A stretch of DNA of 33,724 nt from a virus (IMGVR_UViG_3300007557_000014:1-33724); one strand, 5' to 3'; positions 9,246 through 18,074 are shown, counted from the stretch's first letter. Made by a program: numbers and translations. Notes: a model not told the origin generated them from the sequence alone.

Positions 9246-9596
9246 TTATTCTACATTAACGTAATAGTTTTCGTATGCTGCAATTATAGCCTGCTGCTGC
9301 TGTATAATTTGCCTTGCGTTTTGATAGTTAATTGATATGTTAGCATAACCTTCATCTGATAATGAGAAAAATACAACAGGTTCACCAGACTTTTCAAGTT
9401 CAGCAAATAGTTGTTCATAGTTTTCTTCAGTAAGTAGTACCCACGACACTTCTTTTTGATCTACAGTGTCAATATCAGGCAGTGTTAGTTTTAAACGTTC
9501 TGTTGGCGCACTAGTTACTTGTATTGGAGTAACTAAGTTACCTCCGCAACCAGCAAGCGCTAGTAATACTAGAGAAGCCGCGATTACTTTAATCAT
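9246..9596 (-). CDS. Outer-membrane lipoprotein spanin (o-spanin, Rz1-like)
   Basis: Signal peptide with lipobox LAG-C; overlaps the upstream TM/coiled-coil gene by 8 nt. Confidence 0.75.
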   Translation of the reverse strand: MIKVIAASLVLLALAGCGGNLVTPIQVTSAPTERLKLTLPDIDTVDQKEVSWVLLTEENYEQLFAELEKSGEPVVFFSLSDEGYANISINYQNARQIIQQQQAIIAAYENYYVNVE

Positions 9597-10071
9597 TTAC
9601 TTTCTCCTCTTCTACTACAGGCGGTTTCCATAACCATGGGCATTCACTGTTAAACGCAGTACCGCTTTCAGCAGCTAGCTCATCTTCAGTGAGGTCAGAT
9701 CCGCTAAGAATTTCAATACACCTGTTGGCTTTTACTGTAGCACGGTTAATAATACGTTCTACTAACACTGGCTTTGCTTCGCCTAGTAGTCCTAGATCGT
9801 GTCGTTCTAGTTTTCCTATTAAGTTTTGGTTTTGCTTGCGTATTGCTGCAAACTCGTCGTTTACTTTTTGTAGTTCTTCAGTCGCAAGTTTAAAATCTCT
9901 TTGTAATACTTTGATGGTTTCTTCGTTAGTTGCTACTGCTTGTTGAAGCTTTGCTTCGTTTGCTCTTGAAATATCTAACTGCGTTTGTAAGTGATTTACA
10001 TACCAAAATATTCCAAGTGCTAATGGTATTAGAGCTGCTACTATAATTAGCATTAGCTTTGCTCTTAACAT
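9589..10071 (-). CDS. Inner-membrane spanin (i-spanin, Rz-like)
   Basis: Single N-terminal TM helix, long coiled coil and two C-terminal Cys; directly upstream of a lipoprotein gene. Confidence 0.75.
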   Translation of the reverse strand: MLRAKLMLIIVAALIPLALGIFWYVNHLQTQLDISRANEAKLQQAVATNEETIKVLQRDFKLATEELQKVNDEFAAIRKQNQNLIGKLERHDLGLLGEAKPVLVERIINRATVKANRCIEILSGSDLTEDELAAESGTAFNSECPWLWKPPVVEEEKVND

Positions 10072-10072
10072 T

Positions 10073-10786
10073 TTATAACCTTTCAGCTACTAAACAGTAA
10101 CCGTTGTTTTCGATAATAAGTTTGTTACCGTATTTGGTAATATCGTAGTCACCTAGGTACTTTACCATAAAGATAACTTCGCCAAAGTCGTTGAAGTTGT
10201 ACGACTCTGTTAGATTAGCGTGTACTTCGTTATGTGTAGCAAAGTCAATGACATTGAAATGAATCGGGTCAGAGTATACTTTTTTAAGTGTTAGTATATT
10301 TTCATCGATCTTAATAGTGTCAAGAAAACTCTTTTTAAAGAAATTATCTATGTTGTAATTTTCAGCTACCTTTAAATCCACACCGTATCTATCTGGATCA
10401 GCAATTACTTGCTTAGATAAGTTTTCTTCTGTAGCTGGCATGCTTTTAAAGTTTTTGTAGTATCTAAACTTGTAGTCGTTACAGTCTGTAAGTTTTTCAA
10501 TGCCAGACAGTATTTCTAAAATATGATTAATAGCAGACTTGTCTCTAGCTATTTCAGAAAACACTCTGTAATGACCGTCATTTTGTTCGCCACTAGATAC
10601 TGCGCTATCTAGAATAAACCGATAGCCAGCTTCTAGAAACTTCACTAGGTCGTTTGCTGCTGGTTCAGCACTTACGTCAAACGAGATAGTAACAATATTT
10701 TTATCTTCGCCCATTTTACTTGAGTAAGTGTCAATGTCGAAAGTCTTTTTTACAAGATCCTTAAGATCACCTTGCTGTAGCCCCAT
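10073..10786 (-). CDS. Hypothetical phage protein
   Basis: 237-aa ORF tightly packed between its neighbours; GGAG RBS. Confidence 0.75.
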   Translation of the reverse strand: MGLQQGDLKDLVKKTFDIDTYSSKMGEDKNIVTISFDVSAEPAANDLVKFLEAGYRFILDSAVSSGEQNDGHYRVFSEIARDKSAINHILEILSGIEKLTDCNDYKFRYYKNFKSMPATEENLSKQVIADPDRYGVDLKVAENYNIDNFFKKSFLDTIKIDENILTLKKVYSDPIHFNVIDFATHNEVHANLTESYNFNDFGEVIFMVKYLGDYDITKYGNKLIIENNGYCLVAERL

Positions 10787-10787
10787 T

Positions 10788-11327
10788 TTATACTCCGCCT
10801 AATGCTAGTGGATCAGTACCGTCGAGGCCTGCCATGTCGTCAGTAGCAATATCTTCAACCGGCGGCTGTTGCCCTGCGTCCATTTGTTCAACTTCGTCTT
10901 TGTTGAAAATGTCTTGTCCGCCGTAAACGCTCTTCATTAAAGACTTAGGCATTTTAATACCTACAATATAAATCTTTTCTCTAAGAAGCTTGCCTTTTTT
11001 GGTACCAGGGCGAACATCGTCTGTGTGCTTAATCTTCTTAGGAGTTACAAAGTAACTTGTGCCTGTTTTAACTAGCACTTTATTACTGCGTAGGCGCCTG
11101 ATAGCTGCCTCGTCTGGCCTTTTCTTGTCGGGCCACATAAAGTAACAAGTTACCCAATACTTACTAGCCATCGGCCCTTGTAGAAGCTCGCCGTTGTCCC
11201 AGTTGTCATAAACGTAAATATCAAAGTATTCGTCAAGAACTCTTTCAAAGTCTTTAAGAATTTGAAGAGATGTTGTACTGTTATACACTCTGTCAATGTT
11301 ATTTAAAAGTCGTTCAACGTCATACAT
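10788..11327 (-). CDS. Hypothetical phage protein with acidic C-terminus
   Basis: 179-aa ORF; GAGG RBS and GATAAATA motif upstream. Confidence 0.75.
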   Translation of the reverse strand: MYDVERLLNNIDRVYNSTTSLQILKDFERVLDEYFDIYVYDNWDNGELLQGPMASKYWVTCYFMWPDKKRPDEAAIRRLRSNKVLVKTGTSYFVTPKKIKHTDDVRPGTKKGKLLREKIYIVGIKMPKSLMKSVYGGQDIFNKDEVEQMDAGQQPPVEDIATDDMAGLDGTDPLALGGV

Positions 11328-11346
11328 AGTTTTTATCCTCTAATAG

Positions 11347-11397
11347 TATTTATCAAGCAATAGCTGTATATTTCTCTTTATCGGCAGACTATAAATA
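11347..11397. promoter_or_regulatory. Divergent pair of late-type promoters
   Basis: GATAAATA on the minus strand (11347-11354) and TATAAATA, the exact T4 late consensus, on the plus strand (11390-11397), each facing a gene with an RBS. Confidence 0.65.
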
Positions 11398-11450
11398 TTT
11401 TTGCGGGAGAGTATAGGTGCTCTGTTGCACCGCTAACAAGGAGACCTTTA

Positions 11451-12131
11451 ATGGGTATGAAGCGTAAAGCTAAAGCAGGACCAAACTACCAAAATCACAA
11501 CAGTATTGAGTTGAAACCGAGAAATCAAAAACAACATGAATACATAATACAACTAACAGATTTTAGAAAACACATTGTATTCGGAATAGGACCAGCAGGA
11601 ACAGGCAAGACGCTATTAGCTGTAAAAGCAGCAATTAAATCATTTAAAGAAAAAGAAGTAGATAAAATTGTTATCACAAGACCAGTAGTAAACGTAGATG
11701 AGGACTTAGGTTTTCTACCTGGCACACTAGAAGAAAAAATGGCACCATGGACACGCCCTATATTTGATGTGTTTAGAGAGCATTTTTCCAACAAAGAAAT
11801 TCATTCTATGATAAGCGAATCAGTTATTGAAATTTCACCATTGGCTTATATGCGTGGTAGAACTTTCAAAGACAGTTACATTATTGCTGATGAAATGCAG
11901 AACGCTACATCTAACCAAATGAAGATGTTGCTAACACGTATTGGCGAAAATAGTAAGATGACTGTGACTGGCGACTTAGCGCAAACAGACCGTGCTCAGG
12001 ACAACGGCTTAATGGATTTCTTAGGTAAATTAAATAGTAAACACAGCGACTACATTGAAACAATTATGTTTGATCATTATGATATCGAACGTCACCCTGT
12101 AGTTGCCGACGTACTAAGAATTTACGACTAA
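11451..12131 (+). CDS. phoH: PhoH-like ATPase
   Basis: GPAGTGKT, ITRP, LGFLPG, YMRGRTF, DEMQN, LTRIG, GDLAQ and RHPVV motifs; AAGGAG RBS. Confidence 0.95.
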   Translation: MGMKRKAKAGPNYQNHNSIELKPRNQKQHEYIIQLTDFRKHIVFGIGPAGTGKTLLAVKAAIKSFKEKEVDKIVITRPVVNVDEDLGFLPGTLEEKMAPWTRPIFDVFREHFSNKEIHSMISESVIEISPLAYMRGRTFKDSYIIADEMQNATSNQMKMLLTRIGENSKMTVTGDLAQTDRAQDNGLMDFLGKLNSKHSDYIETIMFDHYDIERHPVVADVLRIYD

Positions 12132-12343
12132 GCACGTACTAGCACATACTTTAAGAATTCGTTGTAAGTGTATACAGTGCCTATAGATTCTATAGTATTG
12201 GAATTACCCCGTACTATTTCTATAGTTTTCAAGTAGTACGGGGAAAGCCAAATCGCTTTCCCCGATGCTGACCTAGTTGGCAACCAAGCAAACTTTCGAT
12301 GCCATCTAGTTTTCCGTTGTGTATCCCAGCCCATAAACGGCAT
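12128..12343 (-). CDS. Hypothetical protein
   Basis: 71 aa, abuts the thyA stop; contains WHRKFAWLP...G..IWL..Y, a pattern common in small phage proteins. Confidence 0.65.
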   Translation of the reverse strand: MPFMGWDTQRKTRWHRKFAWLPTRSASGKAIWLSPYYLKTIEIVRGNSNTIESIGTVYTYNEFLKYVLVRA

Positions 12344-13198
12344 CTATATAGCCATCTCGGCTTTTATGCTAGGCATAGGGTTATAGTTTTCTAGCATATA
12401 TTCAGTGGGCTTTGTTTTTAGTAGTGTTTCTAAACTATTAAACTTAGGCATTACTAGTTCGGGCAACGAGTTAGGCTCACGGGTTAGTTGTTCTGTAACT
12501 TGTTCAATATGATTGTTGTAAATGTGACAATCACCGCCGCTCCAAACAAAGTCGCCTACTTCTAGGTTACATATTTGTGCAAGCATATGAGTAAGCAAAC
12601 TGTAGCTAGCAATATTAAACGGCACACCTAAAAACATATCAGCGCTACGTTGATACAACTGGCAGCTAATCTTGCCGTTAATTACTCTAAACTGTGCTAG
12701 TGTATGGCAAGGTGGTAACGCCATTTGATCAATCTTAGAAACATTCCACGCACTTAAGATATGCCTGCGTGAGTTAGGATCCGTTTGGAGGTCACTTATT
12801 AGCTTTGTAATTTGATCAATCTTATCCCATTTTCGCCATTGTACACCGTATACTGGACCTAATTGCTTTTCTGTATCTGTATTGTAATATCCAAGTGCAA
12901 CACCTTGTGCGTCTGCGTTAGCGGTCCAGATAGTTGTTTTACCTATTAGCTCTTGTCTAGATTTTTCGTAGTGTATTTCAGCTAACCTACGTTCGTTACT
13001 GTTACCTTCTAAGAACCAAAGTAACTCGCTTACTACACTGCGCCACGCTAGCTTTTTAGTTGTTACAGCAGGAAAGCCTTCTTGTAGATTAAAACGCATT
13101 TGGTGGCCAAACACTGCGGTTGTACCTACGCCTGTGCGATCTTCAACAGACTCTCCGTTTTCTAATATGTGTTTAAGCGCTGCTAGATACTGATTCAT
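12344..13198 (-). CDS. thyA: Thymidylate synthase
   Basis: DRTGVGT, TTKK, ELLWFL, LGPVYG.QWR, MALPPCH, YQRSADMFLGVPFNIASY and HIY.NH motifs. Confidence 0.97.
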   Translation of the reverse strand: MNQYLAALKHILENGESVEDRTGVGTTAVFGHQMRFNLQEGFPAVTTKKLAWRSVVSELLWFLEGNSNERRLAEIHYEKSRQELIGKTTIWTANADAQGVALGYYNTDTEKQLGPVYGVQWRKWDKIDQITKLISDLQTDPNSRRHILSAWNVSKIDQMALPPCHTLAQFRVINGKISCQLYQRSADMFLGVPFNIASYSLLTHMLAQICNLEVGDFVWSGGDCHIYNNHIEQVTEQLTREPNSLPELVMPKFNSLETLLKTKPTEYMLENYNPMPSIKAEMAI

Positions 13199-13201
13199 TA
13201 A

Positions 13202-13711
13202 TTATCCTTTGCGGGTATTTTTTTGTAAAATTTTATATTCAAAATTTTGTGTTGTTTCATTTATACTTACAAGCCTAGCTCCGTTTTTTACATGAAAATG
13301 GGTAGCCATTGGACTTAAAGGAGACAGGGTTACAACTCGACCAATGCCTTGATCTGCCGCATACTTTAGTACCTTGCTTATTATTTCCTTTCCTGCTCCT
13401 CGCTTTCTAGACCATACAGTATATGCGATAGCAATATTTTTTTCGTTTTTTAATTCAGCAAGCTCGCTCATAAGCTCTAGTTCTTTTACTGTATTCGGCA
13501 TCTCGTTAGTAAACGCAACACAAATAATTCCTTGAATTGTATTTTCATAACATAGACCAAATATTTTTCTACCATGAGCGAGTCTCCACTCTAACGATAG
13601 CTCTGGTCGCACTGGATCTTCTGTAATATCAATTTCAGTAAGCTCAACTAGTTCTGTGCCTTTAACCCACTTGTAAAAGTTTTCAATACTATCTTTAAAA
13701 ATCTTCATCAT
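13202..13711 (-). CDS. Minimal GNAT-fold protein resembling the malonyl-CoA decarboxylase catalytic domain
   Basis: Motifs in MCD order: ICVAFT, AIAYTV, VTLSP, FHVKNGARL. Recognised by eye only. Confidence 0.6.
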   Translation of the reverse strand: MMKIFKDSIENFYKWVKGTELVELTEIDITEDPVRPELSLEWRLAHGRKIFGLCYENTIQGIICVAFTNEMPNTVKELELMSELAELKNEKNIAIAYTVWSRKRGAGKEIISKVLKYAADQGIGRVVTLSPLSPMATHFHVKNGARLVSINETTQNFEYKILQKNTRKG

Positions 13712-13833
13712 TCGTTATCTTTGCGTTCGTGCGGTTTAAGCTCGTCAGGAAGAACATACCCTAATTCTTCGTCGGCTTCTTGAGCAATAATGTCTTTTTC
13801 GTCTAACTCTGAATCTTTATTTTTCTTACTCAT
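13708..13833 (-). CDS. Small acidic hypothetical protein, 41 aa (absent from ORF track)
   Basis: MSKKNKDSELDEKDIIAQEADEELGYVLPDELKPHERKDNE; ATGA overlaps at both ends fill the gap exactly. Confidence 0.65.
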   Translation of the reverse strand: MSKKNKDSELDEKDIIAQEADEELGYVLPDELKPHERKDNE

Positions 13834-14306
13834 CGCAATTTCTTCCATTTTTCTACGTAAATGCCATCTGTTGGCTGAGCATAGTACATTGAGTACTGCT
13901 CTTCAATTATAGTACGAGGGAGGAATACGTCGCACTGATACGTACCTTGTATACGGCTAAGCCAAAATTCATCAATAATGCTTACACAGCTATTAAGCAA
14001 CTGTGCTCCGCCTATAATCCAAATATCTTGTTTGTTGCCTAGTTCTATTATTTGCTTTACTGGATTAGGCTCTAAGTTTACTGCTCCTGGTGCGTCGAAC
14101 GGAAAGCTACGTGATAGTACATAGTTATCACGATTGGGCAATGGTTTTACAGGCAAACTGTCCCAAGTGCGTCGCCCCATGATAACTGGCATCCCAGTAG
14201 TACAGTTTTTAAACCATTTTAAATCTGCTGAATTATGAGGCCACGGTAGGTCACCGTCTTTGCCGATTCCCCATGAATTGTCGCACGCTAAAATAGCACG
14301 TATCAT
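13830..14306 (-). CDS. folA: Dihydrofolate reductase
   Basis: GIGKDGDLPW, DLKWFK, VIMGRRTWDSLP.KPLPNR.N.VLS, WIIGGAQL and CDVFLP motifs. Confidence 0.95.
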   Translation of the reverse strand: MIRAILACDNSWGIGKDGDLPWPHNSADLKWFKNCTTGMPVIMGRRTWDSLPVKPLPNRDNYVLSRSFPFDAPGAVNLEPNPVKQIIELGNKQDIWIIGGAQLLNSCVSIIDEFWLSRIQGTYQCDVFLPRTIIEEQYSMYYAQPTDGIYVEKWKKLR

Positions 14307-14425
14307 TTACTTTTCCTTTCTTTCTTTCGTTTAGCTAGGAGTGTATCGATTCCTAGCTTAATGAGCAGAAAAACAAATACCGGAACTAGTGCTAATGCTA
14401 GGAAAATATCCTTTAATATAATCAC
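14303..14425 (-). CDS. Small single-TM membrane protein, 40 aa, GTG start (absent from ORF track)
   Basis: [40 protein letters not shown]; GTGA and ATGA overlaps with fdxA and DHFR. Confidence 0.6.
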   Translation of the reverse strand: MIILKDIFLALALVPVFVFLLIKLGIDTLLAKRKKERKSK

Positions 14426-14766
14426 TGATCGCCTTTACCTGGCTCTTCTGAAAAGTATTTCATTTTGTCTTTAACATCGTGCCAGTCGGCTGCATCAGTA
14501 GGCACATCTTCAGAGCGCACCACAGTAATGTTAGGCCACTTCTCGCTCCACTTCTGATTAAAATCTACCCATTCTTTAGCGCCGTCTGCTGAATCTGCTT
14601 GGATAGCATCAGCAGGACACTCTGGCTCACATACTCCGCAGTCGATACATTCGTCAGGATTAATTACTAGCATATTCTCGCCTTCGTAAAAGCAGTCCAC
14701 AGGACAAACTTCTACACAGTCCATGTGTTTACACTTAACGCATTGATCGTTAACTATGTATGTCAT
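14422..14766 (-). CDS. fdxA: Dicluster ferredoxin (FdxA/7Fe type)
   Basis: [21 protein letters not shown]...[21 protein letters not shown], plus the C-terminal extension typical of proteobacterial FdxA. Confidence 0.93.
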   Translation of the reverse strand: MTYIVNDQCVKCKHMDCVEVCPVDCFYEGENMLVINPDECIDCGVCEPECPADAIQADSADGAKEWVDFNQKWSEKWPNITVVRSEDVPTDAADWHDVKDKMKYFSEEPGKGDQ

Positions 14767-15301
14767 ATTTCATTCTTTTCCAAAACTTATCTTCGCCTTT
14801 GCTAACGTTTTCGTGCCACGCTTCGGAAGCATTCTCGTCGGCTAAATCTGTAATATACTTATAACATTCAAATGGGGTGCTTGTCAATCGACATGTTTTA
14901 GCAATACCGTATGCTTCCATGTCTACACAGTCACTTGTTAATTCGGGCTGTGCTGTTACAAAGTTATCACCTGTGCTCACGCTGTATTCATTAACATCTG
15001 ATATTCTAATATCACTAGGGTGAAACTGATCAAATGGTGTTGTTCCTAAAGGCACTAACGGACGAGCGTCGATATCTCTTTGTCGGACAATACCGATCTC
15101 AAGCAAACTACCGACGTGTAACTTACTGAATGCGCCAGCAGTGCCATAGTTAATGATTTTTTCGCAGTCGTTACGAAGAGATATCATAGTAGCTACATGG
15201 GTAGCATTTACTTTACCGACTCCGGTATAGATAATAGTATACTGATCAGGATACGGATTAGATGAGAGCTCATCCTCAAGAGCTACTAAAATGTAAATCA
15301 T
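14750..15301 (-). CDS. mtnN: MTA/SAH nucleosidase-like protein (PNP/UDP phosphorylase fold)
   Basis: [27 protein letters not shown] and KYITDLAD motifs. Start moved to ATG 15301, which gives an ATGA overlap with tdk. Confidence 0.8.
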   Translation of the reverse strand: MIYILVALEDELSSNPYPDQYTIIYTGVGKVNATHVATMISLRNDCEKIINYGTAGAFSKLHVGSLLEIGIVRQRDIDARPLVPLGTTPFDQFHPSDIRISDVNEYSVSTGDNFVTAQPELTSDCVDMEAYGIAKTCRLTSTPFECYKYITDLADENASEAWHENVSKGEDKFWKRMKYDIHS

Positions 15302-15849
15302 TTTGGCTCCCAGTGCTCCGTGCATCGAGGCTCGTACATGCCCATACTGCCTACCTGTACACGATCGCCACTAGCTTTGAGTCTGTATGTTTTTGTAGCA
15401 GGCGCACCGCATTTGGTACACACTGCTGCAATCTTTTCTACAGAGTCTGACAACGCCATAAGCAATGCTACAGTTTCAAATGGCACTCCCCTGCTGTCTT
15501 GATCAAGACCAACAGCAACTACGTTAACCCCGGCACTAAGCCATTTCTCTACAACTGCTACAGTTTCTTTTGTGTCAAAAAACTGTGCCTCGTCAAGACA
15601 AATAGTATCAAAGTGCTCGGGTATTACATTATGGTCTTGATCAAACTCAGTAGTGGATTTAACACTCATGCAAGGATGACTTAGTTGGTTATGTGTAACA
15701 ATTTCAGATTCGCTGTAACGATCATCTTTGCTTGGCTTGATTACTAATACTTTTTTACGCTGGTGACTGAGCCAAAGTACACGCTGTAACAGTTTACTGG
15801 TCTTGCCAGCATACATAGGGCCTACATAAACATCTAATTGTCCCCGCAT
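15298..15849 (-). CDS. tdk: Thymidine kinase (type II)
   Basis: GPMYAGKTSKLL, KPSKDDRY, LDEAQFF, GLDQD, the Zn-site CTKC...C, and YEPRC. Confidence 0.95.
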   Translation of the reverse strand: MRGQLDVYVGPMYAGKTSKLLQRVLWLSHQRKKVLVIKPSKDDRYSESEIVTHNQLSHPCMSVKSTTEFDQDHNVIPEHFDTICLDEAQFFDTKETVAVVEKWLSAGVNVVAVGLDQDSRGVPFETVALLMALSDSVEKIAAVCTKCGAPATKTYRLKASGDRVQVGSMGMYEPRCTEHWEPK

Positions 15850-15852
15850 GAT

Positions 15853-16773
15853 TTAATCCTTTAGTCTTGCTAATCTAATAAGCGTAGCAGCCAGATTAAT
15901 TTCAGGATCTACTACAAGGGTGTGATCGACCAAGCCCTGCTTAATAATTAGCACTGCTTGGTCTTGTTGCTGCTCATTTCCGAACAGTTCAATATTGTCG
16001 TATAACCAACGATAGATTTCTTCCATTTCTTCGGCTCGCACTGAACCACACAGCATCTTACGAGCTTCTTGGATCTTGCCTGCTTTGAACAACTCAACCA
16101 TGTCAAGTTTCCAATCAGTTTCGCCGCTGTCGCCTTGCTGCGGAGTAACAAGTGTACCGTCGACAATGTTTTGCTGTACCATATTGATACACTTACGCAG
16201 ATCAGGATATGTAGCCTTTACATAAGTATCAAGTACATCAAGATCAGGCACAGTGCCTTCAGTGATCAAAATCTCAGCAACACGAGCAGTAAACTCTGTT
16301 TGATCAATCTTGGCAATGTGAAAGCCTTGACAACGTGAATGAATAGCAGGAATAATTTTGTTTGGGTAGTTACACGTAAGAATAAAACGTGCGGTGCTGT
16401 GATACTCTTCCATTACTCCGCGAAGTGCTGCTTGTGCGTTTGGAGACAAATAGTCAGCCTCGTCGAGCAGTACAACCTTAAAATCACCAAACGGGATCAT
16501 TTGTACAAAGTTTACAATCTTATCACGTACATCATCTACGGAGTTTGTACGACTTGCGTTAATCTCAAGAATGTCAAGCGGGTTAAGCTCAAGCTCGTTA
16601 AACAGCAGCTTAGCAAGTGTAGTCTTACCAATGCCTGCGTTACCACTAAACAGCAAATGCGGAATAGTCTTTTCTTTAATCCAAGTGTTTACTTGATTGC
16701 GCTGTGCTTCGTCACGAAACACATATCCATCTACCGTCTTAGGACGATACTTTTCTACCCATAATTCTTTCAT
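15853..16773 (-). CDS. Sliding-clamp loader AAA+ subunit (RFC small / T4 gp44 type)
   Basis: LWVEKYRP, GNAGIGKTT, EINAS, LDEADYL, AQAALR, FILTCNY, SRC and DLRKCIN motifs. Confidence 0.92.
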   Translation of the reverse strand: MKELWVEKYRPKTVDGYVFRDEAQRNQVNTWIKEKTIPHLLFSGNAGIGKTTLAKLLFNELELNPLDILEINASRTNSVDDVRDKIVNFVQMIPFGDFKVVLLDEADYLSPNAQAALRGVMEEYHSTARFILTCNYPNKIIPAIHSRCQGFHIAKIDQTEFTARVAEILITEGTVPDLDVLDTYVKATYPDLRKCINMVQQNIVDGTLVTPQQGDSGETDWKLDMVELFKAGKIQEARKMLCGSVRAEEMEEIYRWLYDNIELFGNEQQQDQAVLIIKQGLVDHTLVVDPEINLAATLIRLARLKD

Positions 16774-16943
16774 TTTTTTCCTAAAAGCCTCTTTGCTGCG
16801 TTAATTGGATTTTTTAAGCCTTCGTATGTGCTATCAATAAATCCTATATGCTTAGTTAGCTTAGTATCTAGTGCATCTAATGTCAATTGAAGTTTTTCTA
16901 TCTTTAAAGTTAGTAGTTCAATTTCTTTATTACGATCTTCCAT
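16770..16943 (-). CDS. Small coiled-coil hypothetical protein, 57 aa (absent from ORF track)
   Basis: MEDRNKEIELLTLKIEKLQLTLDALDTKLTKHIGFIDSTYEGLKNPINAAKRLLGKK; abuts the NADAR stop and has an ATGA overlap with the clamp loader. Confidence 0.7.
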   Translation of the reverse strand: MEDRNKEIELLTLKIEKLQLTLDALDTKLTKHIGFIDSTYEGLKNPINAAKRLLGKK

Positions 16944-17447
16944 TTACGCATTTTCCTTTAGCTGTCTGCGAGCTTCCATTGTTAGCTCTCCGAGAATATT
17001 TAGACCATCCCAGTTAGCTTGGTCTTGTGCTTTTGTGTCATCTGGCGCTAACCCGATACCCCAGATTTTATCAACAGGTGATGCTTCTGCGATAATCTTA
17101 TCACCTGTTTGTAGCAGTAGATTCTTAAGTGATGGATGAGACTTAAACTTAGCAATAATACCAGGAAGTACTTTTTCTCTGCACACTGCCATCCATGCGT
17201 CAGCATCAAATTTGCGTACTTTGCGTCCGAGACTCTTTTGCTCGCCCGGGAACGTTGCGTTCATAATCTTTTGTTCAATTTCAGTATCATTAAAGAAGCG
17301 AGCCTTTTCGGCCATCATGTACTGTTCAACACAGTTATACTCAACACCTTCAATTACAAAACCAGCTGGATACCAGTTAGAAAAGATTCCGTTCCAAAAC
17401 AGAATCATATCGGTGTCTTCGTATTCCCAATGTTTGTTATCCATCAT
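16944..17447 (-). CDS. NADAR (YbiA-like) family hydrolase
   Basis: FSNWY, EQYMMAEKA.FF.D, K.LGRKV..FD..W, KF, LL.TG, EASP.D.IWGIG and G.N.LG..M..R motifs. Confidence 0.92.
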   Translation of the reverse strand: MMDNKHWEYEDTDMILFWNGIFSNWYPAGFVIEGVEYNCVEQYMMAEKARFFNDTEIEQKIMNATFPGEQKSLGRKVRKFDADAWMAVCREKVLPGIIAKFKSHPSLKNLLLQTGDKIIAEASPVDKIWGIGLAPDDTKAQDQANWDGLNILGELTMEARRQLKENA

Positions 17448-17450
17448 TTA

Positions 17451-17645
17451 CTACCTTTTGATATTAACTTTATAAGTGTCGTAGTTGTTTGTGCTTCCTG
17501 TATAATCATCAATAAATGATTCAGGAATGTTAGGATTATAATGCTTGAGTTCAGCAGCAGTATAAGTGTTGGGGTCTTTTACACCATACTTGTCAAGTAG
17601 ATCAAGAGCCCATTCGGTGTATTCTTCGCGAGACTTAAATGACAT
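17451..17645 (-). CDS. Hypothetical protein
   Basis: 64 aa; TAATG overlap with the MazG stop. Confidence 0.6.
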   Translation of the reverse strand: MSFKSREEYTEWALDLLDKYGVKDPNTYTAAELKHYNPNIPESFIDDYTGSTNNYDTYKVNIKR

Positions 17646-18067
17646 TAAAGATCTCCGTCTTTGCGGTTTTCACTGTAGAACGCATCAAACTTACCACCAG
17701 GGTAACGTGCTTCTAGTTTACGGACGTTTTCGGCAATTACTTCATTAGGATCTTCACCAATTGCGTTTACAGCATTTACCCAGTACCACATAATGTCACC
17801 AAGCTCACGCTTCATGTGAAAAACAGTTTCTTCATCGCAGGGCTTACCTTGAAAAACCATTTTCTTTACAACTTCAGCAAACTCGCCTGCTTCACTTGCT
17901 AAGCCAATAGCACCAGTAACAAGCCGTGCGCTGTTTACTTCAGCACCGTCTTTGCCTGTTTCCATGTCAACCATACGATTGTACATATCGACAGTAGATT
18001 TAGATTCTTTGCTGGTTACTTCGTCTACAAATTCTTTGTATTTGTTTAGATCTACGATGTTAGTCAT
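17645..18067 (-). CDS. mazG: MazG-like nucleotide pyrophosphohydrolase
   Basis: GLASEAGEFAEVVKK...ELGDIMWY...N..KL..RYP, the all-alpha NTP-PPase acidic motif; AAGGA RBS. Confidence 0.88.
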   Translation of the reverse strand: MTNIVDLNKYKEFVDEVTSKESKSTVDMYNRMVDMETGKDGAEVNSARLVTGAIGLASEAGEFAEVVKKMVFQGKPCDEETVFHMKRELGDIMWYWVNAVNAIGEDPNEVIAENVRKLEARYPGGKFDAFYSENRKDGDL

Positions 18068-18074
18068 GTTAGTC

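Noticed and set aside
5163-18067. Bacterial chromosome origin, suggested by clpA, dnaJ, thyA, folA and fdxA
   Set aside because: These genes are interleaved with spanins, baseplate/fibre genes, a gp44/RFC-type loader and T4-late-like promoters at phage-like gene density.
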